64,000 bases of DNA from an uncultured Candidatus Actinomarina sp. (GTDB lineage Bacteria; Actinomycetota; Acidimicrobiia; Actinomarinales; Actinomarinaceae), in contig CACPJC010000002.1 of NCBI GenBank assembly GCA_902634185.1, forward strand, positions 96,001 through 160,000, given 5' to 3'. A program made the translations under genes and the position numbers. This document shows, one piece after another, positions 28,429 to 38,637 of this stretch. Position 1 is the stretch's first letter, and every line of letters begins with the position of its first letter. Under the pieces are notes generated by a model that worked only from the letters and a program-made list of their open reading frames with translations, did no database searches and was not told the origin of the DNA.

Positions 28429-29493
28429 CTAATCGGTATCTTGTAAGTTCTCCGTAATTAATGTAACGTTGCTTATCAGAAATTCTGAGTATGATTGACC
28501 AGGTTTTAAGGTTTCAACATACAATCCTGTGACAGATTTAATACCAGTTTCTGCAACAATTGTTTCTGAATATACAGATGGTGCCTCAGATTCAATGAAA
28601 ATAACTTTTACATTGTTATCTTCAATAACATCAATTACTCCGGCTAAATCAGATGGTGATATTTCATTGGCTGAGTTTAGACTTGGAATTATGGTTGATA
28701 AGACTTCAAGTCCAAATTTTGCCTCTAAATAACCCAGTGACTCATGTGTAGTAATGAGTTTTCTGTTTTGAGATGGCACTGTAGAAATTAATTCTGATAC
28801 TTGTTTTGTTAAGTCATTTAATTCACTAACAAAAGAGTCTGCAGAGCTTTTATATGATGATTCGTTTTCTGGATCAAATTCAATCAATCTTGACTCAATA
28901 TATTCAGCTGCATAAGCCACTCTGCTTGGGTCAAACCAAAAGTGAGGATCGTATGCACCATGGTTGTGGCCTTCATGGTCGTCATGACCTTCTTCGTCAT
29001 CATGGTCGTCATGGTCGTCATGACCTTCTTCGTCATCATGGTCGTCATGACCTTCTTCGTCATCATGGTCGTCATGGTCATCATGGTCGTCATGACCACC
29101 TTCCTTAAACTCTATTGGAAAAACACTCTCGCCTACTTCTGATAAAATGTCAGTGCTACAGGCAGAGTTTTCTAATAATTTAACTAAAGCTGCTGGCTCA
29201 TAAAGTAGTCCAGTGTAAAAGACAAGGTCTGCCTCAGCTATTGTTCCAGCATCTTGAGGAGCTGGTTCGTAAGTGTGTGGGTTTGCTTCAGGAGGCATTA
29301 AAACTGTTAGGTTTATGTTTTCACCACCAACTTGACTAACAAATTCACCAATCATAGGTGTGGTTGCAACAACATTAATTTCTCTTCCATCAATGGCTGG
29401 ACAACCTGCTTCTTCAGATCCACCTCCAGCACATGCAACAAGAACCAGTGAAAGCGCTAGAATTGCAAATTTTGTCATAGGTTTTATTTTCAT
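28429..29493 (-). CDS. znuA: Zn ABC transporter substrate-binding lipoprotein with His/Asp-rich loop
   Basis: Lipobox LVAC, NPHTYEP, DPHFW, THES; (HDD)n loop. Confidence 0.9.
   Translation of the reverse strand: MKIKPMTKFAILALSLVLVACAGGGSEEAGCPAIDGREINVVATTPMIGEFVSQVGGENINLTVLMPPEANPHTYEPAPQDAGTIAEADLVFYTGLLYEPAALVKLLENSACSTDILSEVGESVFPIEFKEGGHDDHDDHDDHDDEEGHDDHDDEEGHDDHDDHDDEEGHDDHEGHNHGAYDPHFWFDPSRVAYAAEYIESRLIEFDPENESSYKSSADSFVSELNDLTKQVSELISTVPSQNRKLITTHESLGYLEAKFGLEVLSTIIPSLNSANEISPSDLAGVIDVIEDNNVKVIFIESEAPSVYSETIVAETGIKSVTGLYVETLKPGQSYSEFLISNVTLITENLQDTD
28975..29095. repeat. Coding repeat for the His/Asp-rich loop of ZnuA
   Basis: Repeated TCATGGTCG and TCATGACCTTCTTCGTCA units. Confidence 0.9.
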
Positions 29494-29532
29494 TTAAGTT
29501 TCCTTATCTAATTTTAAAAATGCTAAATTACA

Positions 29533-29568
29533 ATAAATGAGAATAAGTCTCATTTATAACTTTGTCAA
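29533..29568 (-). promoter_or_regulatory. Zur-box-like palindrome overlapping the znuA promoter
   Basis: ATAAATGAGA-ataag-TCTCATTTAT (29533-29557) covers the -10 of TTGACA-17nt-TATTCT on the minus strand. Confidence 0.8.
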
Positions 29569-29626
29569 GTCTCCAAAAAGAAATTAAATATTTTTTTAAA
29601 GATAAATAAACTATTATTATGTACCT

Positions 29627-30061
29627 ATGCAAGATTCGAAAAAAATCTTATATGACAACAATGTTTCAATAACTAACCCTAGAATTTTAGTCCTTGAAGC
29701 TTTGCTTGATAATAAAAGTCCTATAACTGTAGATGAACTTTTAACAAAATTAGAAAATCAAGTTGCAAAATCAACCTTGTATAGGGTTTTAAGTGATTTG
29801 AAAAAAATAAATATACTTCAAGAATTTACAAACCTAGAAAATCAATCAGTTGTTGAGCTATTACTTGATACAGACTCACATCATCTTCATTTGTTTTGTA
29901 GTGACTGTGGAGAGATTATTGATGTAGAGATGGCCAATGAGTTTGAAGAAAAATTATCAAAAGAGATAAAAAGAATTGAAAAAAAATTTAATTTTATAAT
30001 TGAAGATCATAGGCTCGAGTTATTCGGAAAGTGTACTGATCTTTGTGAAAATTGTAGCTAA
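29627..30061 (+). CDS. zur: Fur-family zinc uptake regulator
   Basis: T.PR...L, STLYR, HHLH.FCSDCG, C-terminal Cys cluster; divergent from znuACB. Confidence 0.8.
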   Translation: MQDSKKILYDNNVSITNPRILVLEALLDNKSPITVDELLTKLENQVAKSTLYRVLSDLKKINILQEFTNLENQSVVELLLDTDSHHLHLFCSDCGEIIDVEMANEFEEKLSKEIKRIEKKFNFIIEDHRLELFGKCTDLCENCS

Positions 30062-30065
30062 AGTT

Positions 30066-30242
30066 TTAAAGAATAATTCCAACTAAAGAAGCTTGAATCA
30101 ACATAGAATCAATAGCCATAAAAGAGTGATAATCTAATAACCTATTCACAACTGGTAAAATAATGCTTTCTGATGTCTCGGTTTCAACAGCTAAATAAGC
30201 TGTCTCATATCCTTGAGTAGTTAGGTTGCAAATAACACACAT
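30066..30242 (-). CDS. Putative 58-aa protein starting MCVIC
   Basis: MCVICNLTTQGYETAYLAVETETSESIILPVVNRLLDYHSFMAIDSMLIQASLVGIIL*; AGGGAA upstream; fills the gap. Confidence 0.5.
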   Translation of the reverse strand: MCVICNLTTQGYETAYLAVETETSESIILPVVNRLLDYHSFMAIDSMLIQASLVGIIL

Positions 30243-30299
30243 AATAAATTCCCTGTTATTTCCAATTTTATAAAAATATCTGTTTATTGTAAACAGTAG

Positions 30300-31541
30300 A
30301 TGGATTATATTATCCCACTAACTTTTGGACATGGTGTCGTAAATGTTGGGGATTTGCCAATACCGTTCGACATAGTTTTAAATACTTCAGCTTTAGTTGT
30401 TCTTATTACTTTTGTTTATTTAAAGGTTTCATGGAAAGAATCAATTATTGCCCATCGTGAGGAAATATTTGACGATAAACAAAGTTTATTTGGGAAGTTG
30501 CTTGGATTTTTAATATTATTTTTACTTGTTGCTCCAGGTGTAATTAGTAATGAGTCCGCCAAAACATCAATTGCTCCGCTCATGTTATGGGTGTTTTTAT
30601 GGATTGGTGTTCCGGTTCTTGGTCTGTTGTTTGGAGATATATATGCAAAATTTAATCCTTTAAATCTCTTTCCTATTTCCTCAAATAAGCCTCAATCGGT
30701 ATATTTTGCTTGCATTTTGTTTATTGGGCTAACCTGGTTTGAGCTGGTGTGGAGAAAACCTGGAAACCCTCTCAATATTGGGGTTGTCTTTATATTGCTT
30801 TTTATTAGCGTAAATTTATTAAGGTATTTTTTAAAAAAATCATTAATTGAAGTTGATCCATTACTATTACTTCATTATTTGTACAGTAAGTTGAAACTAT
30901 TCAACTCGAGACCTTACTTTCGATCATTACTTAATAACATTGGAAATCTTGCAAGGCTTAGGGGTATTGAGTATTTTGTACTTTTAATGATTGGTACCGT
31001 AACTTACGATGGTTTGAGAGAAACCACTTTCTGGTATGAACAATTCGGACCAAGAATAAATGATATGGGATTCTCAACAATGATGTTCTTTCTAATGAAT
31101 CTAGCAACAATTCTGTTATATCGTTTTGCATGTTTCTTTGCAATAAAGATTGGAGGGTCTGATCTTGAGCTCAACAAGGTATCAAATCTGTTTGGACATA
31201 CAATGTTACCTATTGCTTTTGCATATCACGTAACACATTATTTAACTTTGTTACTATTTGAATCTCAAACTTTCTTTTTTCGATTGAACGATCCCATTGG
31301 GACTGGTTTAAATTTATTTAATGCTCAAGAACCATCTATTAACTACTTTGTAGAACCTATAGTTATTTGGAGTGTTCAAGTAGGTGTTACTCTTTTAGGC
31401 CATATGCTTAGTGTTGTTCTAGCTCATGATCTAGCGGTGAAGCTTTTTGGTCATCAACAAAGTGATAAAACACAATACATATTTTTATTTATAACTGTTG
31501 CACTAACACTTCAGGCTTTATTTGTTTTGAGTGTCGGATAA
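30300..31541 (+). CDS. Polytopic membrane protein with conserved His (resembles actinobacterial proteins often labelled fenitrothion hydrolase-like)
   Basis: HG...DLPIP, GTVTYDG, PIAFAYHVTHY, GH....LAH. Confidence 0.65.
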   Translation: MDYIIPLTFGHGVVNVGDLPIPFDIVLNTSALVVLITFVYLKVSWKESIIAHREEIFDDKQSLFGKLLGFLILFLLVAPGVISNESAKTSIAPLMLWVFLWIGVPVLGLLFGDIYAKFNPLNLFPISSNKPQSVYFACILFIGLTWFELVWRKPGNPLNIGVVFILLFISVNLLRYFLKKSLIEVDPLLLLHYLYSKLKLFNSRPYFRSLLNNIGNLARLRGIEYFVLLMIGTVTYDGLRETTFWYEQFGPRINDMGFSTMMFFLMNLATILLYRFACFFAIKIGGSDLELNKVSNLFGHTMLPIAFAYHVTHYLTLLLFESQTFFFRLNDPIGTGLNLFNAQEPSINYFVEPIVIWSVQVGVTLLGHMLSVVLAHDLAVKLFGHQQSDKTQYIFLFITVALTLQALFVLSVG

Positions 31542-32810
31542 CTTTTTCTCTATACTTGCAACACGCTCAGCTATTGGAGGATGAGAATAATAATAAGAAC
31601 TATATAAAGGGTCAGGTGTTAAGTTGCTTGCATTATCTTTAGTAAGTTTTAGAAGACCTGAAATCATATACTTTCCATCAGTAAATTTAAAAGAAAAGTC
31701 ATCTGCTGCAAATTCTCTTTGTCTTGATAGATAAGAAGTAATTGGTCGAGTAAAAAATGTATACGTCCCAGCAACAAGGTAAAAAAGAATAAATTTGGAA
31801 TATAAAGTAATGTCATTTAACCCATGAGATATAAAAAAGTTTTCTGATTTAAAAACTTCGCTTAAAATATAAAAACCAATGAAGCCAAAAACTAATGAGC
31901 TAATAAGTGACTTTCTAATATGTCCAAGTTTATAGTGGCCTAACTCATGACCTAATATTGCTTCCATTTCATCAGGTGTGATTGTTTCTAGTAATGTGTC
32001 ATAAAAAACTATTCTCTTATTGTTGCCAAAGCCAGTAAAAAAAGCATTGCCGTGTGAGCTTCTTAGGCTAGCGTTCATAACAAAAAGACCTTTTGCTTTA
32101 AATTTCACTTTCTCTAAAAGTTTTTCTATTGGTTTTTTAAATTGCTCATCATCAAGAGGCTCAAATTTATTAAATAAAGGCATTATAAGTACTGGATAAA
32201 GAAAGAAAATAATCAACTGTATTGAAAATACTGCACCAAAAGCAAAAATCCACCAATTGCTTCCTAAATTTTCAATTATTCCAATGACGACAGCATAAAT
32301 TGAACAAGAGATTACAGATGAGATAATCAGATTTTTAAAAATATCTGTCACAAACGTTTTTTTGGTTGTCTTATTAAAACCATATTTTTCCTCAATGACA
32401 AATGTTGAATATATAGCTAATGGGATTTCGAGTATTTCTGAAATAATAATAATAAAAAAACCGAGAAGAATAGCACCTAGTATGTTTGATGAAGTTATTC
32501 CGAGAACAATTTGAGTTAACCAACTAAGCAATCCCCCAAGGGTTAGAAGTAGGAGGATAAGTATACTTACAAAAGAAACAAGGATCTGAAACTTTAACCT
32601 ATCAAGGTTGTAGTCTGTAGATTTTTTATATTCTTCACTGTTAACAATATTTTCAAATCTTTTTGGAACTCTTCCTTCGTTTTGTTTTATAGAGTTTATG
32701 TTTCGATATTTTAAATATGTCTCAATTGTAAATTTCAAACCTATAAACAAAATAAATAGCGTTGTGAAATTAATTGATTCTATAGTGTTGAGAATTTCCA
32801 TATCAAACAA
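31518..32810 (-). CDS. M48 family (Ste24/CAAX-type) membrane metalloprotease
   Basis: IEEKYGFNK, NAFFTG, HELGH, EFAAD, YYSHPP..ER. Confidence 0.9.
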   Translation of the reverse strand: MFDMEILNTIESINFTTLFILFIGLKFTIETYLKYRNINSIKQNEGRVPKRFENIVNSEEYKKSTDYNLDRLKFQILVSFVSILILLLLTLGGLLSWLTQIVLGITSSNILGAILLGFFIIIISEILEIPLAIYSTFVIEEKYGFNKTTKKTFVTDIFKNLIISSVISCSIYAVVIGIIENLGSNWWIFAFGAVFSIQLIIFFLYPVLIMPLFNKFEPLDDEQFKKPIEKLLEKVKFKAKGLFVMNASLRSSHGNAFFTGFGNNKRIVFYDTLLETITPDEMEAILGHELGHYKLGHIRKSLISSLVFGFIGFYILSEVFKSENFFISHGLNDITLYSKFILFYLVAGTYTFFTRPITSYLSRQREFAADDFSFKFTDGKYMISGLLKLTKDNASNLTPDPLYSSYYYSHPPIAERVASIEKKLSDTQNK

Positions 32811-32812
32811 TA

Positions 32813-33058
32813 TTAACTGTTTTGACGGTATCTAAATAATTTTTTGATAGTAAAAATAAAAAAACTAAGACTTGATACGAGTAAAGAGATCATTGATAGT
32901 GGTAGCCCTAAATTATCCTGTACAACGCAACCGTTAATTCCCTCTTGTTCTATGCATTCACCTCCACCAAGTACTTGATAAATAATCCCGAAAACAAAAA
33001 ATAAAAGCAAAAAAAATAAACCAGTTTTTAGAAGATTATCTAGGTTCCTTATCTTCAT
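32813..33058 (-). CDS. Small two-TM protein
   Basis: Two TM helices with a C-x8-C loop; overlaps the uppS stop. Confidence 0.6.
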   Translation of the reverse strand: MKIRNLDNLLKTGLFFLLLFFVFGIIYQVLGGGECIEQEGINGCVVQDNLGLPLSMISLLVSSLSFFIFTIKKLFRYRQNS

Positions 33059-33819
33059 TTACCAAATCTTCTATCCCGCTGAACATATTCTCTAAGACAC
33101 CTTAAAAAATCAATCTTCCTGAATTCAGGCCAATAAACATCTTGAAAAACAACTTCAGAATAAGCACTTTGCCAAAGTAAAAATCCAGACAGTCTTGATT
33201 CACCACTAGTTCTAATTATCAAATCGATATCTGGTGATTCAGGAGAGTATAAATGGTCTCTTATTTGTTCATCATTAATGCTTTTTATTAAATCATCTAT
33301 TTCTAATTCTTTATTTTCTTTGAGTAAGCTCTTTATGGCATCAACTATTTCCTGTCTGCCGCCGTAACCCAGAGCAATTGTAAGGATTTTTTCACCTCCG
33401 CCTCTGATTTCTTGTAATTGTTTAATTGAGCTTTGAAGATATTCTGGAAGTAAATCAATGCTTCCTACAAAGTTTATTTTAAAATTATCAACTAAGTCAT
33501 CTATAAGTAATTCTTGAAATAGTTCATTTAAAACAAGATAGTAAGAATTTAATTCCTCCTCTGGTCTTGATAAGTTTTCTTTAGAAAGCAACCAACTTGT
33601 AACATGATTAATTCCAAGCTCATCACACCAGGCTAAACACTCTTTAAATCGGACCATTCCAATCCTATAAGAAACTTCATAAGTAAGGAGGTTTTCCCTT
33701 CTTGCATAACGTCTATGTCCATCATGAATTAGGCCGATGTGTTGTGGAAGGTTTTCATTTTTTATTTTGTTTTGAAGTCTATTTTCATATACAGAGTAGA
33801 CAAATCTAGGAGTGACCAT
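33055..33819 (-). CDS. uppS: cis-prenyl (polyprenyl) diphosphate synthase
   Basis: HIGLIHDGHRR, YGGRQEI, DLIIRTSGESRLSGFLLWQ. Confidence 0.85.
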   Translation of the reverse strand: MVTPRFVYSVYENRLQNKIKNENLPQHIGLIHDGHRRYARRENLLTYEVSYRIGMVRFKECLAWCDELGINHVTSWLLSKENLSRPEEELNSYYLVLNELFQELLIDDLVDNFKINFVGSIDLLPEYLQSSIKQLQEIRGGGEKILTIALGYGGRQEIVDAIKSLLKENKELEIDDLIKSINDEQIRDHLYSPESPDIDLIIRTSGESRLSGFLLWQSAYSEVVFQDVYWPEFRKIDFLRCLREYVQRDRRFGK

Positions 33820-33821
33820 AA

Positions 33822-35246
33822 TTAACTACAAATTGCTTCAACGTCTTCAATAGATTTTGGTGCTTCCTCAGTCAAATTAATTGGTTCATCATCAGTGCAA
33901 ACAATATCATCTTCGATACGGATTCCAATTCCAAGAAGGTCTTTTGGAATTTTGTGCTTTATAGATTTGGCATCTTTAATTTCTTCATTTTCTAATTTTG
34001 TCGCTTTCTCCATACCAAGAAGCTTTCTTCTTTCTCTTATTTCTTTTGGGTCTCTTTCAAGTAATTTAAACTCGATTTCAGGTTTGTTTGGTCTTATATA
34101 GATACCTGGCTCGACTGTGGTAACCATACCTGGCATTAATTTTCTTGGCTTATTGTTTTCTTCTACACTTCCTGCGTCGTGAACGTCTAAACCTAACCAG
34201 TGTCCGGTTCCATGCATAAAAAATTCAAAATAATGCATCATAGAAATTGTTTCATCAACCCCCATTGGGACCAATCCTAAATCAACCAATGATTGAGAAA
34301 TTGATGACACTGCTAATTTATGTATATCAGACATTGTATTTTTTGTGTTGACACTATTTATCCCAAGAGTTTGAGCTTTTAGTACTTCTTGATAAACATC
34401 TTTTTGTGGAGCTGAAAATTTCCCATTTATTGGAAATGTTCTAGTCACATCCGAAGAATACATATTATATTCTGCTCCAGCGTCAATTAAAACTAAACCG
34501 CTATTGTCAACTTTTTCTCTATTTGTTGAGTAATGAAGGATGCATGCGTTATCTCCAGATGCAACAATTGACGGATAGCCAAGTCTTTCAGCACCTAGAT
34601 CATAAAATGTTTTTTCCATTTCCGCTTCAATTTGGTACTCAAACATATTTTTTTGAGCGTACTGCATTGCCACTTTGTGTCCTTCAACTGTAATTTCACA
34701 GGCTTTTTTCAAATAATTAATTTCATCTTCATTTTTTATAAGTCGAAGCTCAGAAAGTATTGGAGAAAGCGGTCTTAGTGATGCATCACTGAAACTAGAT
34801 CCTCTTTGGTCATATGGAGTTGCCTGATTAATTATTTTTTTATCGTATTTTTCGAAAGAATTATTTGAGTAATTACAGTAAATATTTTGTATTCCTGAGA
34901 GTAGTTTTGGGGCTATTTTTTCATAATCGTCATAAGTAAAAGCGTCTGTTGCACCAAAGAGTTTTTTTGCGCCCTCTGGTCCCAATCTTTTTCCATCCCA
35001 GGTTTCCATTTCTACATTTCTATCCTGAACAAATAGATAGAGATCTGGTTGTTTATTTTTAATGATGATTATTGCATGAGCAAATGGCTCTGGCCAGGCT
35101 GTTAAATAATGAAAGTTTGAATCTTGTCTAAAATCAAAGGCTACATCATTGTTTCTATAAATTGTATTGTTTCCATGTAAAAGAACAGCTCCTTCACCTA
35201 TTTCTTTAGCAAGATTTTCTCTATTTAATTTTGATAATTCCATCAT
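33822..35246 (-). CDS. pepP: Xaa-Pro aminopeptidase
   Basis: FRQDSNF.YLT, LHY, DAG, DVTRT, HGTGHWLGLDVHD, EPGIY, GIRIEDD. Confidence 0.9.
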   Translation of the reverse strand: MMELSKLNRENLAKEIGEGAVLLHGNNTIYRNNDVAFDFRQDSNFHYLTAWPEPFAHAIIIIKNKQPDLYLFVQDRNVEMETWDGKRLGPEGAKKLFGATDAFTYDDYEKIAPKLLSGIQNIYCNYSNNSFEKYDKKIINQATPYDQRGSSFSDASLRPLSPILSELRLIKNEDEINYLKKACEITVEGHKVAMQYAQKNMFEYQIEAEMEKTFYDLGAERLGYPSIVASGDNACILHYSTNREKVDNSGLVLIDAGAEYNMYSSDVTRTFPINGKFSAPQKDVYQEVLKAQTLGINSVNTKNTMSDIHKLAVSSISQSLVDLGLVPMGVDETISMMHYFEFFMHGTGHWLGLDVHDAGSVEENNKPRKLMPGMVTTVEPGIYIRPNKPEIEFKLLERDPKEIRERRKLLGMEKATKLENEEIKDAKSIKHKIPKDLLGIGIRIEDDIVCTDDEPINLTEEAPKSIEDVEAICS

Positions 35247-35291
35247 TCAAATAAGGATAATGTAGATAAGTAGAAAATTGCTAGTAGATTT

Positions 35292-35753
35292 TTATATCAG
35301 ATACGAATCAAGTGATTTTGAAATTAAAATTGCCTCTTTATTTCCATAAGAAATGATCAAAACAACATTATCACCTGCTATCGAAGCTGCTATATCATCT
35401 ATATATAAATTATCTATTGCTTCGGCAACCACTTGAGCCGCAGCAGTTGTTGTTTTTATAATGACTTGGTTAGAAACTGGTTCAACGCTTACAACAAAAT
35501 CCCTTAAAGCTTTTTTAGCGATTGATTTTTGGGCACTATTTATATCATCTTTTGGAAGAATATATTTTAAATTATTTTTTGAATCTCTTTTTTTACTTGC
35601 GCCAATTTCCGTAAGGTCTCTAGATAGAGTGGCTTGCGTAATTGAGATACCACTATTTTTTAAGATTCCCTTTAATTGATTCTGGGAAGTAATTTTTCCT
35701 TCTTCAATTAAATCAGCAATTAATTTTTGTCGTTGTATGGTTGATTTTGACAT
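35292..35753 (-). CDS. argR: Arginine repressor
   Basis: TQATLSRDL.E.G, IAGD. Confidence 0.85.
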   Translation of the reverse strand: MSKSTIQRQKLIADLIEEGKITSQNQLKGILKNSGISITQATLSRDLTEIGASKKRDSKNNLKYILPKDDINSAQKSIAKKALRDFVVSVEPVSNQVIIKTTTAAAQVVAEAIDNLYIDDIAASIAGDNVVLIISYGNKEAILISKSLDSYLI

Positions 35754-35790
35754 TTGTATAAATATACATTATTTTGAATATTTATACAAC
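35753..35790. promoter_or_regulatory. Tandem ARG boxes at the argR start (autoregulation)
   Basis: TGTATAAATATACA (35755-35768) and TGAATATTTATACA (35775-35788). Confidence 0.8.
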
Positions 35791-37163
35791 TAAAGTTTTT
35801 TGTAAACTTCCTTGGCTAATTTAATTGCTTCGTCTTTTGAAACTTCACCTTCATTAATTCTTTGTTCATACAAAGACTCCATTATTTTTCCTAGGGTTGG
35901 GCCTGGTTCAATTTTTAAAATTTTCATAATTTCATTTCCATTCACGGGAGGCCTTAATTTATCAAGTTCTTCTTTTTCCTTAACTTCTTTAATTCTTTGT
36001 TCCATATCATCAAGTGTTTTATATATATCTTGTTTTTTTTGTTTATTTTTAGTTGTGACGTCTGCTCTAACTAGTGCATTTAAATCATCAAGCATATGTC
36101 CGGCGTCAACAATATATCTTCTTACTGCAGAATCTGTCCATCCCATCTTAAAAGTATGTGGGCGCGCGCTCTGTTCTACAAGCTGTGCTACATCTTCAAT
36201 TGTTTTATTGTCATACTTCAATCGTTTTAATATTTTTTTTGTCATTCTTGCACCAACTACTTCGTGGTGTCTGAAGTGAACTTTGCCATTTTCTATACCT
36301 TTAGTATTTGGTTTGGCAATATCATGCAGAAGTGCTCCCATTCTTAGTGTGAATTTTGGTGGTACCCCATCTAAAACTTCTAATGAGTGTTCGTAAACAT
36401 CTTTGTGGTGGTGTTTTGGATCAACTTCCATTTTAAGTTCATTTATTTCTGGAATGATATGCAAACTTAAACCGCTTTCAACTAAAGCGCGGATACCCAT
36501 TGGAGCGTCTTTGCCGAGTAAGAGTTTAGTAATTTCATCTCTGACTCTTTCAACTGATACTATTTTGATTCTTTCGGTATTGTTTCTAATTGCTGTATAG
36601 GTATCGTTATCAGGTGAAAATCCATGAGTGCTTATGAACCTGCATAGCCTTAACATTCTAAGAGGGTCGTCTGAAAATGAAATAACTGGGTCATCAGGAG
36701 TTTTAATTATTCCTTGAGCTAAATCTTTAAGTCCGAAAAATGGATCAAGAAGTTCGTTTTTGTTAATCGAATAAGCTATCGAATTAATTGTGAAATCTCT
36801 TCTAGAAAGGTCTGAATTTAAATCTGGTACTGATTGTATAGATGGGTTTCTTGAAGAATTTTCATATATATCCTTCCTATAAGTTGTTATGTGAATTGAA
36901 CTTTCTTTAAGTTGTAACTCAATGGTTCCAAATGCTCTCCCCACTTCTGTAGTTTTATACCCTTCATCATTCAGTATTTTTATAGATTCTTCTGGTGATG
37001 CATTAGTTGTGAAATCAAAATCTTTTGTAGGAATGTTTAAAATACCATCTCTTACAGCACCCCCAACAAGATAAAAATCATATCCACTTGATTCGTAAAG
37101 GTTTGATAGAGATTTTAAATATCTATTATTGTCAATTAAATCTGAAAGACTTCTTGGTACCAT
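35790..37163 (-). CDS. cca: CCA tRNA nucleotidyltransferase with HD domain
   Basis: VGGAVRD, DFDF, RRDFTINS, DDPLRMLR, LLHDIAKP. Confidence 0.9.
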   Translation of the reverse strand: MVPRSLSDLIDNNRYLKSLSNLYESSGYDFYLVGGAVRDGILNIPTKDFDFTTNASPEESIKILNDEGYKTTEVGRAFGTIELQLKESSIHITTYRKDIYENSSRNPSIQSVPDLNSDLSRRDFTINSIAYSINKNELLDPFFGLKDLAQGIIKTPDDPVISFSDDPLRMLRLCRFISTHGFSPDNDTYTAIRNNTERIKIVSVERVRDEITKLLLGKDAPMGIRALVESGLSLHIIPEINELKMEVDPKHHHKDVYEHSLEVLDGVPPKFTLRMGALLHDIAKPNTKGIENGKVHFRHHEVVGARMTKKILKRLKYDNKTIEDVAQLVEQSARPHTFKMGWTDSAVRRYIVDAGHMLDDLNALVRADVTTKNKQKKQDIYKTLDDMEQRIKEVKEKEELDKLRPPVNGNEIMKILKIEPGPTLGKIMESLYEQRINEGEVSKDEAIKLAKEVYKKL

Positions 37164-37201
37164 ATTGTTAGCTTAGAAGAATTTTAGGGTAACAATAAAG
37201 T

Positions 37202-37636
37202 ATGAATTCAAAAGTTGATTTTGCAGCTGGTGGCATCGTTTTAATTGAAAACAAGATACTACTGGTAAAAAATAGATTAAGTGAAGAATATGTGGGTGAT
37301 TACGATTCTGGATTTTGGGGCTATCCAAAAGGTCATTTAGATGATCAAGAAACACCAATAAAAGCTGCAGAAAGAGAGGTTTATGAAGAAACTGGTTTTA
37401 AAGTTTCTGCTGTCGGAAATAAACCCATTGCAGAATCCCGTTATGAGATAAAAAAAGATGGTGAACCAGTTAAAAAAACTGTCTGGTTTTATGAAATGAA
37501 TGTTGTTGAAAGTTTTTCAAAAGAGCCTGATGATGAAATAGAGGAGATTGCCATTGTTCCCTTTGAAGAGGCCTTTGAATTATTAGCATATGAAGAAGAT
37601 AAAAAAATTTTAAAATATGTATTCAACAGAAAATAA
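37202..37636 (+). CDS. NUDIX hydrolase
   Basis: PKGH...E...AAEREVYEETG. Confidence 0.9.
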   Translation: MNSKVDFAAGGIVLIENKILLVKNRLSEEYVGDYDSGFWGYPKGHLDDQETPIKAAEREVYEETGFKVSAVGNKPIAESRYEIKKDGEPVKKTVWFYEMNVVESFSKEPDDEIEEIAIVPFEEAFELLAYEEDKKILKYVFNRK

Positions 37637-38324
37637 AAAGATTCATTACTTTTACAACGGAATATTTTATACAAGGAGTATTAATGAATTTGTTAATGAT
37701 ATATTGTTCCAGAAAATTTATGGAGGAGAGGGTCTTTTAAAAAAAATATTAAAAATATCAAAAAATTCAAACATTAGTTTTAGTTCGTCAATGGTAAATG
37801 AAAATTCAATTAAACCTTGGATTAAATCAGGATGGACCGTTAATCATAAATTAAATGTTTGTGTATTAAACCTTAGAAATTCAAACCACAGATATCCGAG
37901 TGACAATAAACATATAGAAATTAAAAAACTTGAAAATAAAGATATAGAATATTTGCTTGAATTAGATCATAAAATATTTGAAGATTATTGGAAAAATTCT
38001 AAATCAAGTTTTGAGGAAACTATGAAAAGCTGTAACAACAATTATTTATTTAAAAGTGGAGGCGAAAATAACCTTGATGGTTATGCAATTTTAGGAGAGA
38101 CTAGAAAGTTTACTTATCTTCAACGAATAGGAATAGTAAAGAGCTCTCAAGGATCGGGTCTTGGAAATAATTTACTTAATTGTGTAATTAGTTTTGCTGT
38201 TGAAAAAAAGTTTATAAATATGAAACTTAATACCCAAAGTGACAATATTGCCGCTCTAAATCTATATAAAAAAAACAAATTCGAGATTTCACCAAGGAAG
38301 CTTGTAATTATGAAAACTTCATGA
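37617..38324 (+). CDS. GNAT acetyltransferase
   Basis: QGSGLG, N..A..LYKK.KF. Confidence 0.8.
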   Translation: MYSTENKKIHYFYNGIFYTRSINEFVNDILFQKIYGGEGLLKKILKISKNSNISFSSSMVNENSIKPWIKSGWTVNHKLNVCVLNLRNSNHRYPSDNKHIEIKKLENKDIEYLLELDHKIFEDYWKNSKSSFEETMKSCNNNYLFKSGGENNLDGYAILGETRKFTYLQRIGIVKSSQGSGLGNNLLNCVISFAVEKKFINMKLNTQSDNIAALNLYKKNKFEISPRKLVIMKTS

Positions 38325-38352
38325 ATAGTTTTACATAGCTTATGATTAACTT

Positions 38353-38637
38353 ATGGAAGAAGATAGCTTTGTTGAATCGGTTGAGAGCTTAATAAAAAGT
38401 GTAAAAGATCTTATTGTTCGACCTGTAAAAAGACTTACTGGTTTTGCATCTTTAGGTTTACTACTTGTTGTATTATTAATCACTGCAGTAATATTTTTAT
38501 TCTCAGGAATATTAAAGATTATGCAAGGACTTGGTCTTTTACTAGGCGTTAACCCTACTGGATTTGCAATGGGTGCACTCGGCTTAGTATTTATGATTTT
38601 GTCATTGAATAGTTACAGAAAGAAAAAAAATGGATGA
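38353..38637 (+). CDS. Small two-TM protein
   Basis: Hydrophobic segments; leaderless -10 TATGAT. Confidence 0.65.
   Translation: MEEDSFVESVESLIKSVKDLIVRPVKRLTGFASLGLLLVVLLITAVIFLFSGILKIMQGLGLLLGVNPTGFAMGALGLVFMILSLNSYRKKKNG

Noticed and set aside
28854-29142. Repetitive ORFs (MTTMMT..., HHGRH...) as separate genes
   Set aside because: Alternative frames of the ZnuA His/Asp loop repeat
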